From NCBI RefSeq assembly GCF_003790525.1, contig NZ_CP033635.1: 64,000 nucleotides of DNA, one strand, 5' to 3'. The translations under genes were made by a program, and so were the position numbers. Below, piece by piece: positions 39,642-49,938 of this stretch. The number at the start of each line of letters is the position of its first letter. The first letter of the stretch is position 1. Origin of the DNA: Escherichia coli. GTDB taxonomy: Bacteria; Pseudomonadota; Gammaproteobacteria; Enterobacterales; Enterobacteriaceae. The notes below the pieces were generated by a model, which was not told the DNA's origin, did no database searches, and saw only the letters and a program-made list of their open reading frames with translations.

Positions 39642-40965
39642 ACCTGCGCATTTATTATTGGTCGATGACGATCCGGGATTGCTGAAACTGCTTGGCCTGC
39701 GTCTGACCAGCGAAGGCTACAGCGTGGTCACAGCGGAAAGTGGCGCTGAAGGATTACGGGTACTGAATCGCGAAAAAGTAGATTTAGTCATCAGCGACCT
39801 GCGGATGGATGAAATGGACGGTATGCAGCTGTTTGCTGAAATCCAGAAAGTGCAGCCGGGAATGCCAGTAATTATTCTTACCGCGCATGGTTCTATTCCT
39901 GATGCCGTTGCTGCAACACAGCAGGGCGTGTTCAGTTTTCTCACCAAGCCTGTCGATAAAGATGCGCTATATCAGGCAATTGACGATGCGCTGGAACAAT
40001 CCGCGCCAGCCACCGACGAACGCTGGCGCGAGGCGATTGTCACCCGCAGCCCGCTGATGCTGCGCTTGCTGGAACAGGCGCGGCTGGTGGCACAATCAGA
40101 CGTTAGCGTTTTGATTAACGGCCAGAGCGGCACCGGGAAAGAGATTTTCGCCCAGGCTATCCACAACGCGAGCCCGCGCAACAGCAAACCATTTATTGCT
40201 ATTAACTGTGGCGCATTGCCCGAGCAGTTGCTGGAGTCGGAGCTGTTTGGTCATGCACGTGGCGCGTTTACTGGCGCTGTCAGCAATCGCGAAGGTTTAT
40301 TCCAGGCGGCGGAAGGCGGTACGCTATTTCTTGATGAGATTGGCGATATGCCTGCACCGTTGCAGGTCAAACTGCTGCGCGTGTTGCAGGAGCGTAAAGT
40401 GCGCCCGCTGGGCAGTAACCGCGATATTGATATCGACGTGCGGATTATTTCTGCCACTCACCGCGACCTGCCAAAAGCGATGGCGCGCGGGGAATTCCGC
40501 GAAGATCTCTATTACCGCCTCAACGTTGTCAGCCTGAAAATTCCGGCACTGGCGGAGCGCACAGAAGACATTCCGCTACTGGCAAATCACCTGTTGCGCC
40601 AGGCGGCAGAGCGACATAAACCGTTTGTCCGCGCGTTCTCCACCGATGCGATGAAACGTCTGATGACCGCTAGCTGGCCGGGTAATGTGCGCCAGTTGGT
40701 CAACGTGATTGAACAGTGCGTGGCGCTGACCTCATCTCCGGTGATTAGTGATGCGCTGGTGGAGCAGGCGCTGGAGGGTGAAAATACGGCGCTGCCAACC
40801 TTTGTTGAGGCACGTAATCAGTTTGAACTCAACTATTTGCGTAAGCTGCTGCAAATTACCAAAGGCAACGTCACCCACGCGGCGAGAATGGCGGGGCGCA
40901 ACCGGACAGAATTTTATAAACTGCTTTCCCGACACGAGCTGGATGCAAACGATTTCAAGGAATGA
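39631..40965 (+). CDS. glrR: sigma54-dependent response regulator
   Basis: 444 aa from [21 protein letters not shown]...; receiver domain, AAA+ sigma54-activator motifs ([15 protein letters not shown]) and C-terminal HTH. Overlaps the qseG 3' end by 11 bp. Also called qseF. Confidence 0.93.
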   Translation: MSHKPAHLLLVDDDPGLLKLLGLRLTSEGYSVVTAESGAEGLRVLNREKVDLVISDLRMDEMDGMQLFAEIQKVQPGMPVIILTAHGSIPDAVAATQQGVFSFLTKPVDKDALYQAIDDALEQSAPATDERWREAIVTRSPLMLRLLEQARLVAQSDVSVLINGQSGTGKEIFAQAIHNASPRNSKPFIAINCGALPEQLLESELFGHARGAFTGAVSNREGLFQAAEGGTLFLDEIGDMPAPLQVKLLRVLQERKVRPLGSNRDIDIDVRIISATHRDLPKAMARGEFREDLYYRLNVVSLKIPALAERTEDIPLLANHLLRQAAERHKPFVRAFSTDAMKRLMTASWPGNVRQLVNVIEQCVALTSSPVISDALVEQALEGENTALPTFVEARNQFELNYLRKLLQITKGNVTHAARMAGRNRTEFYKLLSRHELDANDFKE

Positions 40966-40989
40966 ATTGGCGTTATGTGTTACGTTTAG

Positions 40990-41364
<375 letters not shown>

Positions 41365-41376
41365 ACCGCGTCAAGG

Positions 41377-41402
41377 GTTGCCGGATGTTTCCATCCGGCA
41401 AC
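41377..41402. terminator. palindromic hairpin between convergent glnB and hmp
   Basis: GTTGCCGGATG-tttc-CATCCGGCAAC perfect 11-bp stem; flanking U-tracts are weak on both strands. Confidence 0.55.
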
Positions 41403-41408
41403 ATCAAA

Positions 41409-42599
41409 TCACAGCACCTTATGCGGGCCAAAGCATTCGTAATGAATGTTTTCCTGCTTCACGCCCAGATCCACTAACTGTTTCGCGGCAAACTGCATGA
41501 AGCCAACCGGGCCGCAGAGATAGAACTGCATTGTCGGATCGCTGAACGCACCTTCCAGTTTGCTCAAATCCATCAGACCTTCGCTATCAAACTGACCTTT
41601 AGCGCGATCGGCTTCGCTTGGCTGACGATACCAGGTGTGCGCGGTAAAGCGCGGCAGTGCTTGCCCCAGTTCCTTAACTTCATCGGCAAAGGCGTGAACA
41701 TCGCCATTTTCTGCCGCATGGAACCAGTTCACTTGTGCTGTGTGGCCAGCTTTTGCCAGCGTGTCGAGCATTGCCAGCATTGGCGTTTGACCGACACCGG
41801 CAGAGATTAACGTCACTGGTGTGTCATCTGCGACAGCCATAAAGAAATCACCTGCTGGAGCAACCAGTTTCACGACATCGCCAACATTGGCGTGATTGTG
41901 CAGCCAGTTGGATACCTGCCCGCCATCTTCGCGTTTCACCGCAATACGATAGCCTTTGCCATCCGGTTTGCGAGTCAAAGAGTACTGACGAATTTCCTGA
42001 TGCGGGAAACCTTCCGGCTTCAGCCAGACGCCGAGATATTGCCCCGGACGGTATTCTGCCACTGCGCCACCGTCGACCGGCTCCAGTTCGAAGCTGGTGA
42101 TAAGCGCGCTGCGCGGTGTTTTAGCCACAATGCGGAAATCGCGAGTACCTTCCCAGCCACCGGCTTTGCTGGCGTTTTCGTTATAGATTTCCGCCTCGCG
42201 ATTGATAAATACATTAGCCAGGACGCCATAGGCTTTACCCCACGCGTCCAGCACTTCCTGCCCCGGGCTGAACATTTCGTCCAGCGTTGCCAACAGGTGT
42301 TCACCGACGATGTTGTACTGTTCCGGTTTGATCTGGAAACTGGTGTGCTTCTGCGCGATTTTTTCTACCGCTGGCAGCAGCGCAGGCAGGTTTTCAATAT
42401 TGCTGGCGTAGGCGGCAATAGCGTTAAACAGGGCTTCACGTTGATCGCCATTGCGCTGGTTACTCATGTTAAAAATTTCTTTGAGTTCTGGGTTATGAGT
42501 AAACATACGGTCGTAGAAATGGGCGGTTAACTTTGGTCCCGTTTCCACCAGTAAAGGGATGGTGGCTTTTACTGTAGCGATGGTTTGAGCGTCAAGCAT
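41409..42599 (-). CDS. hmp: flavohemoglobin (nitric oxide dioxygenase)
   Basis: 396 aa from [17 protein letters not shown]...; globin domain followed by FAD/NAD-binding reductase domain. Confidence 0.95.
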   Translation of the reverse strand: MLDAQTIATVKATIPLLVETGPKLTAHFYDRMFTHNPELKEIFNMSNQRNGDQREALFNAIAAYASNIENLPALLPAVEKIAQKHTSFQIKPEQYNIVGEHLLATLDEMFSPGQEVLDAWGKAYGVLANVFINREAEIYNENASKAGGWEGTRDFRIVAKTPRSALITSFELEPVDGGAVAEYRPGQYLGVWLKPEGFPHQEIRQYSLTRKPDGKGYRIAVKREDGGQVSNWLHNHANVGDVVKLVAPAGDFFMAVADDTPVTLISAGVGQTPMLAMLDTLAKAGHTAQVNWFHAAENGDVHAFADEVKELGQALPRFTAHTWYRQPSEADRAKGQFDSEGLMDLSKLEGAFSDPTMQFYLCGPVGFMQFAAKQLVDLGVKQENIHYECFGPHKVL

Positions 42600-42625
42600 A
42601 TGGTCTTCCTTTTTTTGCATCTTAA

Positions 42626-42648
42626 TTGATGTATCTCAAATGCATCTT
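42626..42648. promoter_or_regulatory. NsrR-type operator at the hmp promoter
   Basis: Minus-strand AAGATGCATTTGAGATACATCAA is close to the NsrR consensus AAGATGCATTTAAAATACATCTT; starts 27 bp upstream of the hmp start codon. Confidence 0.7.
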
Positions 42649-42926
42649 ATAAAAAATAGCCCTGCAATGTAAATGGTTCTTTGGTGTTTTTCAGAAAGAA
42701 TGTGATGAAGTGAAAAATTTGCATCACAAACCTGAAAAGAAATCCGTTTCCGGTTGCAAGCTCTTTATTCTCCAAAGCCTTGCGTAGCCTGAAGGTAATC
42801 GTTTGCGTAAATTCCTTTGTCAAGACCTGTTATCGCACAATGATTCGGTTATACTGTTCGCCGTTGTCCAACAGGACCGCCTATAAAGGCCAAAAATTTT
42901 ATTGTTAGCTGAGTCAGGAGATGCGG

Positions 42927-44180
42927 ATGTTAAAGCGTGAAATGAACATTGCCGATTATGATGCCGAACTGTGGCAGGCTATGGAGCAGGAAAAAGTACG
43001 TCAGGAAGAGCACATCGAACTGATCGCCTCCGAAAACTACACCAGCCCGCGCGTAATGCAGGCGCAGGGTTCTCAGCTGACCAACAAATATGCTGAAGGT
43101 TATCCGGGCAAACGCTACTACGGCGGTTGCGAGTATGTTGATATCGTTGAACAACTGGCGATCGATCGTGCGAAAGAACTGTTCGGCGCTGACTACGCTA
43201 ACGTCCAGCCGCACTCCGGCTCCCAGGCTAACTTTGCGGTGTACACTGCGTTGCTGGAACCAGGCGATACCGTTCTGGGTATGAATCTGGCGCATGGCGG
43301 TCACCTGACTCACGGTTCTCCGGTTAACTTCTCCGGTAAACTGTACAACATCGTTCCTTACGGTATCGATGCTACCGGTCATATCGACTACGCCGATCTG
43401 GAAAAACAAGCCAAAGAACACAAACCGAAAATGATTATCGGTGGCTTCTCTGCATATTCCGGCGTGGTGGACTGGGCGAAAATGCGTGAAATCGCTGACA
43501 GCATCGGTGCTTACCTGTTCGTTGATATGGCGCACGTTGCGGGCCTGGTTGCTGCTGGCGTCTACCCGAACCCGGTTCCTCATGCTCACGTTGTTACTAC
43601 CACCACTCACAAAACCCTGGCGGGTCCGCGCGGCGGCCTGATCCTGGCGAAAGGTGGTAGCGAAGAGCTGTACAAAAAACTGAACTCTGCCGTTTTCCCT
43701 GGTGGTCAGGGCGGCCCGTTGATGCACGTAATCGCTGGTAAAGCGGTTGCTCTGAAAGAAGCGATGGAGCCTGAGTTCAAAACTTACCAGCAGCAGGTCG
43801 CTAAAAACGCTAAAGCGATGGTAGAAGTGTTCCTGGAACGCGGCTACAAAGTGGTTTCCGGCGGCACTGATAACCACCTGTTCCTGGTTGATCTGGTTGA
43901 TAAAAACCTGACCGGTAAAGAAGCTGACGCCGCTCTGGGCCGTGCTAACATCACCGTCAACAAAAACAGCGTACCGAACGATCCGAAGAGCCCGTTTGTG
44001 ACCTCCGGTATTCGTGTAGGTACTCCGGCGATTACCCGTCGTGGCTTTAAAGAAGCCGAAGCGAAAGAACTGGCTGGCTGGATGTGTGACGTGCTGGACA
44101 GCATCAATGATGAAGCTGTTATCGAGCGCATCAAAGGTAAAGTTCTCGACATCTGCGCACGTTATCCGGTTTACGCATAA
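42927..44180 (+). CDS. glyA: serine hydroxymethyltransferase
   Basis: 417 aa from [22 protein letters not shown]...; PLP-lysine region [14 protein letters not shown]. Confidence 0.97.
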
Positions 44181-44200
44181 GCGAAACGGTTAATCTGTTG

Positions 44201-44228
44201 AAAAAAGGCTTCCTTCGGGAAGCCTTTC
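44201..44228. terminator. rho-independent terminator between convergent glyA and yphH
   Basis: AAAAAA-GGCTTCC-ttcg-GGAAGCC-TTTC; A-tract on one side and T-tract on the other. Confidence 0.8.
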
Positions 44229-44243
44229 TACGTTATTGCGCCA

Positions 44244-45437
44244 TCAAATCTGCCGTAACTGCGCCTCAACATACAAATAGCCAATTCCCAGCACCTGCTG
44301 TGCGCGGCTTAATTGCCCAAAGCCAATTTGCGTCGCTTTCACGCTCGGTCCTTCGTCGCGGTCGAACGGGTTAAATCCCGTCTGGCGAATAATGGTATTA
44401 AGCCAGTTCTCACCAAAGGCACAACTGCGACCGTACAACCAAATCTGATTAATATTGAGGATGTTGAGGAAGTTATACAGACTCAAACCAATGGCGTTGG
44501 CAGAGCGATCAACCCAACTGGTGATCCACGGTTCTCCACTCTGCCAGGCAGCGATTAACTGCGCGGTAGTCAGTTTTTCAGGATCAAGCTGAGTATTAAC
44601 CGGTTGTGATTTTAGCCATACCCGCGCCTGTTTTTTTAATGCGCTTAACGAGGCGACGGTTTCCAGGCAGCCGTAACGCCCGCAGTCGCAGACGACGCCA
44701 TCCGGATTAACGATGGTGTGACCAATTTGCCCGCTACCATACAAACTGCCGCGATAAATTTGCTCGTTAATCACGAACGACGAGCCAATGCCGTAATCAA
44801 CGTTGATCACGCAGAAATCCCGTTCCTGCGAATTATTTTGCCATTTCTCCGCCAGCGCCAGCATCACGCAGTCATTATCGACCATCACCCGAATGCCGAG
44901 CTTCTCTTCCAGCAGATACTTTACCTCAACCGGCGTTGTCCACGGCGCTTGCGGCATGGTTTGCGACACGCCAGTCACCGGATCAACCTGACCGTGGATT
45001 GCCAGCGCCAGGTTGATGGTACGGTCCGGCCACAATTTACGGTGGCGATGCCAGCATTTTTCGATTTCGGACAGCAGCGCCTGCGGCGTCGGTGCATCAA
45101 TCTGTAAATACTCAAATTCACCTTTCGGACTTAAACAGGCGTTAGCGACCTGACACTCAATACTGGTGGGCGTCACGTTCAGGCACAGCGTCCAGTCACC
45201 TTCCGGCGCAATCAGCCATGTACCGCTACTATGCCCGCGCGTCTGGCTTTCATCGTCGATATTTACCACCCGTTTTTCGCTTTCCAGTTCCTGCAAAATA
45301 TTACTGACTGCCGGAATCGAAATTTGCGCCAGCCGGGCCAGCGTTGATTTATTGGCGCGCTTTTGCCGGTACAGCAGTTCCAGAATCACGCATTTGTTAT
45401 GGTGGCGAATCTGTTGATTATTAATGCAGGCTCTCAT
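44244..45437 (-). CDS. yphH: ROK/NagC-family transcriptional regulator (uncharacterised)
   Basis: 397 aa from the ATG at 45437 (the ORF track uses a GTG two codons upstream); N-terminal HTH (KSTLARLAQISIPAVSNILQELE) plus ROK sugar-kinase-like domain with CxCGxxGC zinc motif (CDCGRYGCLE). Confidence 0.85.
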   Translation of the reverse strand: MRACINNQQIRHHNKCVILELLYRQKRANKSTLARLAQISIPAVSNILQELESEKRVVNIDDESQTRGHSSGTWLIAPEGDWTLCLNVTPTSIECQVANACLSPKGEFEYLQIDAPTPQALLSEIEKCWHRHRKLWPDRTINLALAIHGQVDPVTGVSQTMPQAPWTTPVEVKYLLEEKLGIRVMVDNDCVMLALAEKWQNNSQERDFCVINVDYGIGSSFVINEQIYRGSLYGSGQIGHTIVNPDGVVCDCGRYGCLETVASLSALKKQARVWLKSQPVNTQLDPEKLTTAQLIAAWQSGEPWITSWVDRSANAIGLSLYNFLNILNINQIWLYGRSCAFGENWLNTIIRQTGFNPFDRDEGPSVKATQIGFGQLSRAQQVLGIGYLYVEAQLRQI

Positions 45438-45554
45438 CTTCACTAAACCTTGTTTAGTTAATTGCGTGATTATTCCGCGAAAACATTGCCAGATTGTTCA
45501 ATACACTGCCACAAATCTTTTAATTCAGTATGTCTTGTTAATATTGAGGGCACC

Positions 45555-48500
45555 ATGACTCCAGTAAAAGTGTGGCAAGAGCGCGTTGAGATCCCGACCT
45601 ATGAAACCGGGCCGCAGGATATACATCCCATGTTCCTGGAAAATCGCGTTTATCAGGGATCGTCCGGCGCGGTTTATCCCTACGGCGTGACCGATACGCT
45701 GAGCGAGCAGAAAACCCTGAAATCCTGGCAGGCGGTGTGGCTGGAAAATGACTACATCAAAGTGATGATCCTGCCGGAACTGGGCGGTCGGGTGCATCGC
45801 GCATGGGATAAAGTGAAACAGCGCGATTTTGTCTATCACAATGAAGTCATTAAACCTGCGCTGGTGGGGCTGCTGGGACCGTGGATCTCCGGCGGGATTG
45901 AGTTTAACTGGCCGCAACACCATCGCCCGACCACCTTTATGCCCGTTGATTTCACCCTCGAAGCCCATGACGACGGCGCACAGACGGTGTGGGTCGGCGA
46001 AACGGAGCCGATGCACGGTTTACAGGTGATGACAGGTTTCACCCTGCGTCCTGACCGGGCGGCGCTGGAAATCGCCAGTCGCGTCTATAACGGCAACGCC
46101 ACGCCGCGTCATTTCTTGTGGTGGGCCAACCCGGCAGTGAAAGGGGGTGAAGGGCATCAGAGCGTCTTCCCGCCGGATGTAACGGCGGTGTTTGATCACG
46201 GCAAACGGGCCGTCTCCGCTTTCCCCATCGCCACCGGCACTTACTACAAAGTGGACTACTCCGCCGGAGTGGACATTTCTCGCTATAAAAATGTGCCCGT
46301 TCCAACCTCATATATGGCTGAAAAATCACAGTACGATTTTGTTGGCGCGTGGTGTCACGATGAAGATGGTGGTTTGCTACACGTTGCCAACCACCATATT
46401 GCGCCAGGTAAAAAACAGTGGAGCTGGGGACACAGTGAATTTGGCCAGGCGTGGGATAAGAGCCTGACTGACAATAACGGCCCGTATATCGAACTGATGA
46501 CCGGTATTTTTGCCGATAACCAGCCTGATTTTACCTGGCTTGATGCTTACGAGGAGAAGCGTTTCGAGCAGTATTTCCTGCCTTATCATTCTCTGGGCAT
46601 GGTGCAAAATGCCTCCCGCGATGCGGTGATAAAACTCCAGCGTAGTGAGCGGGGGATTGAGTGGGGGCTGTATGCCATCTCTCCGTTGAACGGATACCGC
46701 CTGGCGATCCGCGAAATCGGCAAATGCAACGCGTTGCTCGATGATGCCGTGGCCCTGACACCAGCGACCGCCATCCAGGGCGTGTTGCACGGTATCAATC
46801 CTGACAGACTGACCATTGAGCTCTCCGATGCCGACGGCAATATTGTACTGAGTTATCATGAACATCAGCCGCAAGCGTTGCCGTTGCCGGACGTCGCCAA
46901 AGCGCCACTGTCAGCACAAGACATTACCAGTACAGATGAAGCCTGGTTTATCGGTCAGCATCTGGAGCAATATCATCACGCCAGCCGTTCACCGTTCGAT
47001 TACTACCTGCGCGGCGTGGCGCTGGATCCGCTGGATTATCGCTGTAACCTGGCGCTGGCGATGCTGGAATATAACCGCGCCGATTTCCCGCAAGCGGTGG
47101 CGTATGCCACTCAGGCGCTGAAACGCGCACATGCGCTGAACAAAAATCCGCAGTGCGGACAGGCCAGTTTGATTCGCGCCAGTGCTTACGAACGTCAGGG
47201 ACAATATCAACAAGCCGAAGAGGATTTCTGGCGGGCGGTCTGGAGCGGCAATAGTAAAGCAGGTGGCTATTATGGTCTGGCACGACTGGCGGCGCGTAAT
47301 GGTCACTTCGATGCTGGTCTGGATTTTTGCCAACAAAGTCTTCGCGCCTGCCCAACCAATCAGGAAGTGCTTTGCCTGCATAATCTGCTGCTGGTGTTAA
47401 GTGGTCGTCAGGACAACGCGCGTTTGCAGCGCGAGAAACTGCTGCGCGATTATCCGCTGAACGCCACTCTGTGGTGGCTGAACTGGTTCGATGGTCGTAG
47501 CGAATCAGCCCTCGCGCAGTGGCGCGGTCTGTGTCAGGGACGCGACGTTAACGCCCTGATGACCGCCGGGCAACTGATTAACTGGGGAATGCCTACCCTG
47601 GCGGCAGAGATGCTGAACGCACTGGACTGCCAGCGCACGCTGCCGCTTTATCTGCAGGCGAGTTTATTGCCGAAAGCCGAACGCGGCGAACTGGTCGCAA
47701 AAGCCATTGATGTCTTCCCGCAGTTTGTCCGTTTCCCGAATACGCTGGAAGAAGTGGCGGCGCTGGAGAGTATTGAAGAGTGCTGGTTTGCCCGTCATTT
47801 ATTGGCCTGCTTCTACTACAACAAGCGTAGCTACGGCAAAGCCATTGCCTTATGGCAACGTTGCGTAGAGATGTCGCCGGAGTTTGCCGACGGCTGGCGC
47901 GGGTTAGCGATCCATGCGTGGAATAAGCAACACGATTATGAGCTGGCCGCGCGTTATCTTGATAATGCTTATCAGCTTGCGCCGCAGGATGCACGTCTGC
48001 TTTTCGAACGGGATTTGCTGGATAAGTTAAGTGGAGCCACACCGGAGAAACGACTGGCGCGTCTGGAAAATAATCTGGAAATTGCGCTGAAACGCGACGA
48101 CATGACCGCAGAACTGCTCAATTTGTGGCATCTCACGGGTCAGGCAGACAAAGCGGCGGACATTCTCGCCACGCGCAAATTCCACCCGTGGGAAGGCGGG
48201 GAAGGGAAGATCACCAGTCAGTTTATCCTCAACCAGTTATTACGCGCCTGGCAGCATCTTGATGCCAGAGAGCCGCAGCAGGCCAGCGAACTGCTTCATG
48301 CCGCGCTGCATTATCCGGAGAATTTAAGCGAAGGCCGTTTACCGGGGCAAACTGATAACGACATCTGGTTCTGGCAGGCGATATGCGCCAACGCGCAGGG
48401 AGATGAAACTGAAGCGATGCGTTGTTTACGTCTGGCGGCGACTGGCGATCGCACCATTAACATTCACAGTTATTACAACGATCAGCCGGTTGATTATCTC

Positions 48501-48836
48501 TTCTGGCAAGGAATGGCGCTGCGACTGCTGGGCGAACAACAAATCGCACAGCAACTGTTTAGTGAAATGAAACAGTGGGCGCAAGAGATGGCGAAAACCA
48601 GTATTGAGGCGGATTTCTTTGCTGTTTCACAACCTGACCTGTTGTCGCTGTATGGCGATTTACAACAGCAGCATAAAGAAAAATGCCTGATGGTGGCGAT
48701 GCTGGCGTCCGCGGGACTCGGGGAGGTTGCGCACTATGAATCTGCTCGCGCTGAATTGACGGCGATTAATCCGGCCTGGCCGAAAGCGGCATTATTCACC
48801 ACTGTGATGCCTTTTATTTTTAACTACGTTCACTAA
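45555..48836 (+). CDS. yphG: large uncharacterised protein, N-terminal DUF5107-type domain plus C-terminal TPR-like repeats
   Basis: 1093 aa from MTPVKVWQERVEIPTYETGPQD... (ATG at 45555 preceded by GAGGG); C-terminal half shows repeated helical TPR-like motifs; no signal peptide. ORF-track ORF extends 31 codons further upstream. Confidence 0.85.
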   Translation: MTPVKVWQERVEIPTYETGPQDIHPMFLENRVYQGSSGAVYPYGVTDTLSEQKTLKSWQAVWLENDYIKVMILPELGGRVHRAWDKVKQRDFVYHNEVIKPALVGLLGPWISGGIEFNWPQHHRPTTFMPVDFTLEAHDDGAQTVWVGETEPMHGLQVMTGFTLRPDRAALEIASRVYNGNATPRHFLWWANPAVKGGEGHQSVFPPDVTAVFDHGKRAVSAFPIATGTYYKVDYSAGVDISRYKNVPVPTSYMAEKSQYDFVGAWCHDEDGGLLHVANHHIAPGKKQWSWGHSEFGQAWDKSLTDNNGPYIELMTGIFADNQPDFTWLDAYEEKRFEQYFLPYHSLGMVQNASRDAVIKLQRSERGIEWGLYAISPLNGYRLAIREIGKCNALLDDAVALTPATAIQGVLHGINPDRLTIELSDADGNIVLSYHEHQPQALPLPDVAKAPLSAQDITSTDEAWFIGQHLEQYHHASRSPFDYYLRGVALDPLDYRCNLALAMLEYNRADFPQAVAYATQALKRAHALNKNPQCGQASLIRASAYERQGQYQQAEEDFWRAVWSGNSKAGGYYGLARLAARNGHFDAGLDFCQQSLRACPTNQEVLCLHNLLLVLSGRQDNARLQREKLLRDYPLNATLWWLNWFDGRSESALAQWRGLCQGRDVNALMTAGQLINWGMPTLAAEMLNALDCQRTLPLYLQASLLPKAERGELVAKAIDVFPQFVRFPNTLEEVAALESIEECWFARHLLACFYYNKRSYGKAIALWQRCVEMSPEFADGWRGLAIHAWNKQHDYELAARYLDNAYQLAPQDARLLFERDLLDKLSGATPEKRLARLENNLEIALKRDDMTAELLNLWHLTGQADKAADILATRKFHPWEGGEGKITSQFILNQLLRAWQHLDAREPQQASELLHAALHYPENLSEGRLPGQTDNDIWFWQAICANAQGDETEAMRCLRLAATGDRTINIHSYYNDQPVDYLFWQGMALRLLGEQQIAQQLFSEMKQWAQEMAKTSIEADFFAVSQPDLLSLYGDLQQQHKEKCLMVAMLASAGLGEVAHYESARAELTAINPAWPKAALFTTVMPFIFNYVH

Positions 48837-48932
48837 ACCCTATTAACTGTAATATTTGAGCGGCACGCGCTGCCGCTCACGCTCAAATAATTAAAATAAG
48901 CCGTTGTAAATAAAAACCCTACAGGAGGCACT

Positions 48933-49916
48933 ATGCCTAAAAAAATGAGAACAACCCGTAATCTATTATTAATGGCTACGCTATTAGGTAGCGCACTATT
49001 TGCCAGGGCTGCGGATAAAGAAATGACCATTGGCGCAATATACCTTGATACCCAGGGATATTACGCTGGCGTGCGTCAGGGTGTTCAGGATGCGGCAAAA
49101 GATTCTTCAGTACAGGTACAGTTAATTGAAACTAACGCCCAGGGTGATATTTCGAAAGAAAGTACCTTTGTTGATACCCTCGTGGCGCGTAATGTCGATG
49201 CCATTATTTTATCGGCAGTGTCTGAAAATGGCAGTAGCCGTACCGTTCGTCGCGCCAGTGAAGCGGGTATTCCGGTGATTTGCTACAACACCTGTATTAA
49301 TCAAAAAGGCGTCGATAAATATGTCTCGGCGTATCTGGTCGGCGATCCGCTGGAATTTGGTAAAAAACTGGGTAATGCTGCCGCCGATTATTTTATTGCC
49401 AACAAAATTGACCAGCCGAAAATTGCCGTCATCAATTGCGAAGCCTTTGAAGTTTGTGTGCAGCGACGTAAAGGGTTTGAAGAAGTATTAAAAGCCCGCG
49501 TTCCCGGCGCGCAAATTGTCGCTAATCAGGAAGGGACTGTTTTAGATAAAGCGATTTCCGTTGGTGAAAAACTAATTATCTCCAGGCCGGATCTCAACGC
49601 CATTATGGGTGAATCGGGCGGAGCGACACTCGGCGCGGTAAAAGCGGTACGTAATCAAAATCAGGCCGGAAAAATTGCTGTTTTCGGTTCGGATATGACC
49701 ACTGAAATTGCTCAGGAGCTGGAAAACAATCAGGTGCTGAAAGCGGTAGTGGATATTTCCGGCAAGAAAATGGGCAATGCTGTTTTCGCGCAAACATTGA
49801 AGGTTATCAATAAACAAGCCGACGGTGAAAAAGTGATTCAGGTGCCTATCGATCTCTATACCAAAACGGAAGACGGTAAACAGTGGCTGGCAACGCACGT
49901 TGATGGTCTGCCCTAA
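48933..49916 (+). CDS. yphF: ABC transporter periplasmic sugar-binding protein (uncharacterised)
   Basis: 327-aa ORF with signal peptide (MPKKMRTTRNLLLMATLLGSALFARA); periplasmic-binding-protein type I fold typical of monosaccharide ABC systems. Confidence 0.88.
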   Translation: MPKKMRTTRNLLLMATLLGSALFARAADKEMTIGAIYLDTQGYYAGVRQGVQDAAKDSSVQVQLIETNAQGDISKESTFVDTLVARNVDAIILSAVSENGSSRTVRRASEAGIPVICYNTCINQKGVDKYVSAYLVGDPLEFGKKLGNAAADYFIANKIDQPKIAVINCEAFEVCVQRRKGFEEVLKARVPGAQIVANQEGTVLDKAISVGEKLIISRPDLNAIMGESGGATLGAVKAVRNQNQAGKIAVFGSDMTTEIAQELENNQVLKAVVDISGKKMGNAVFAQTLKVINKQADGEKVIQVPIDLYTKTEDGKQWLATHVDGLP

Positions 49917-49938
49917 TCGCTGATTCGCAGAGGTCCCT

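Noticed and set aside
42930-43877. 315-aa antisense ORF inside glyA
   Set aside because: Same reasoning: antisense to a highly expressed, codon-biased gene, no motifs, no independent start signal.
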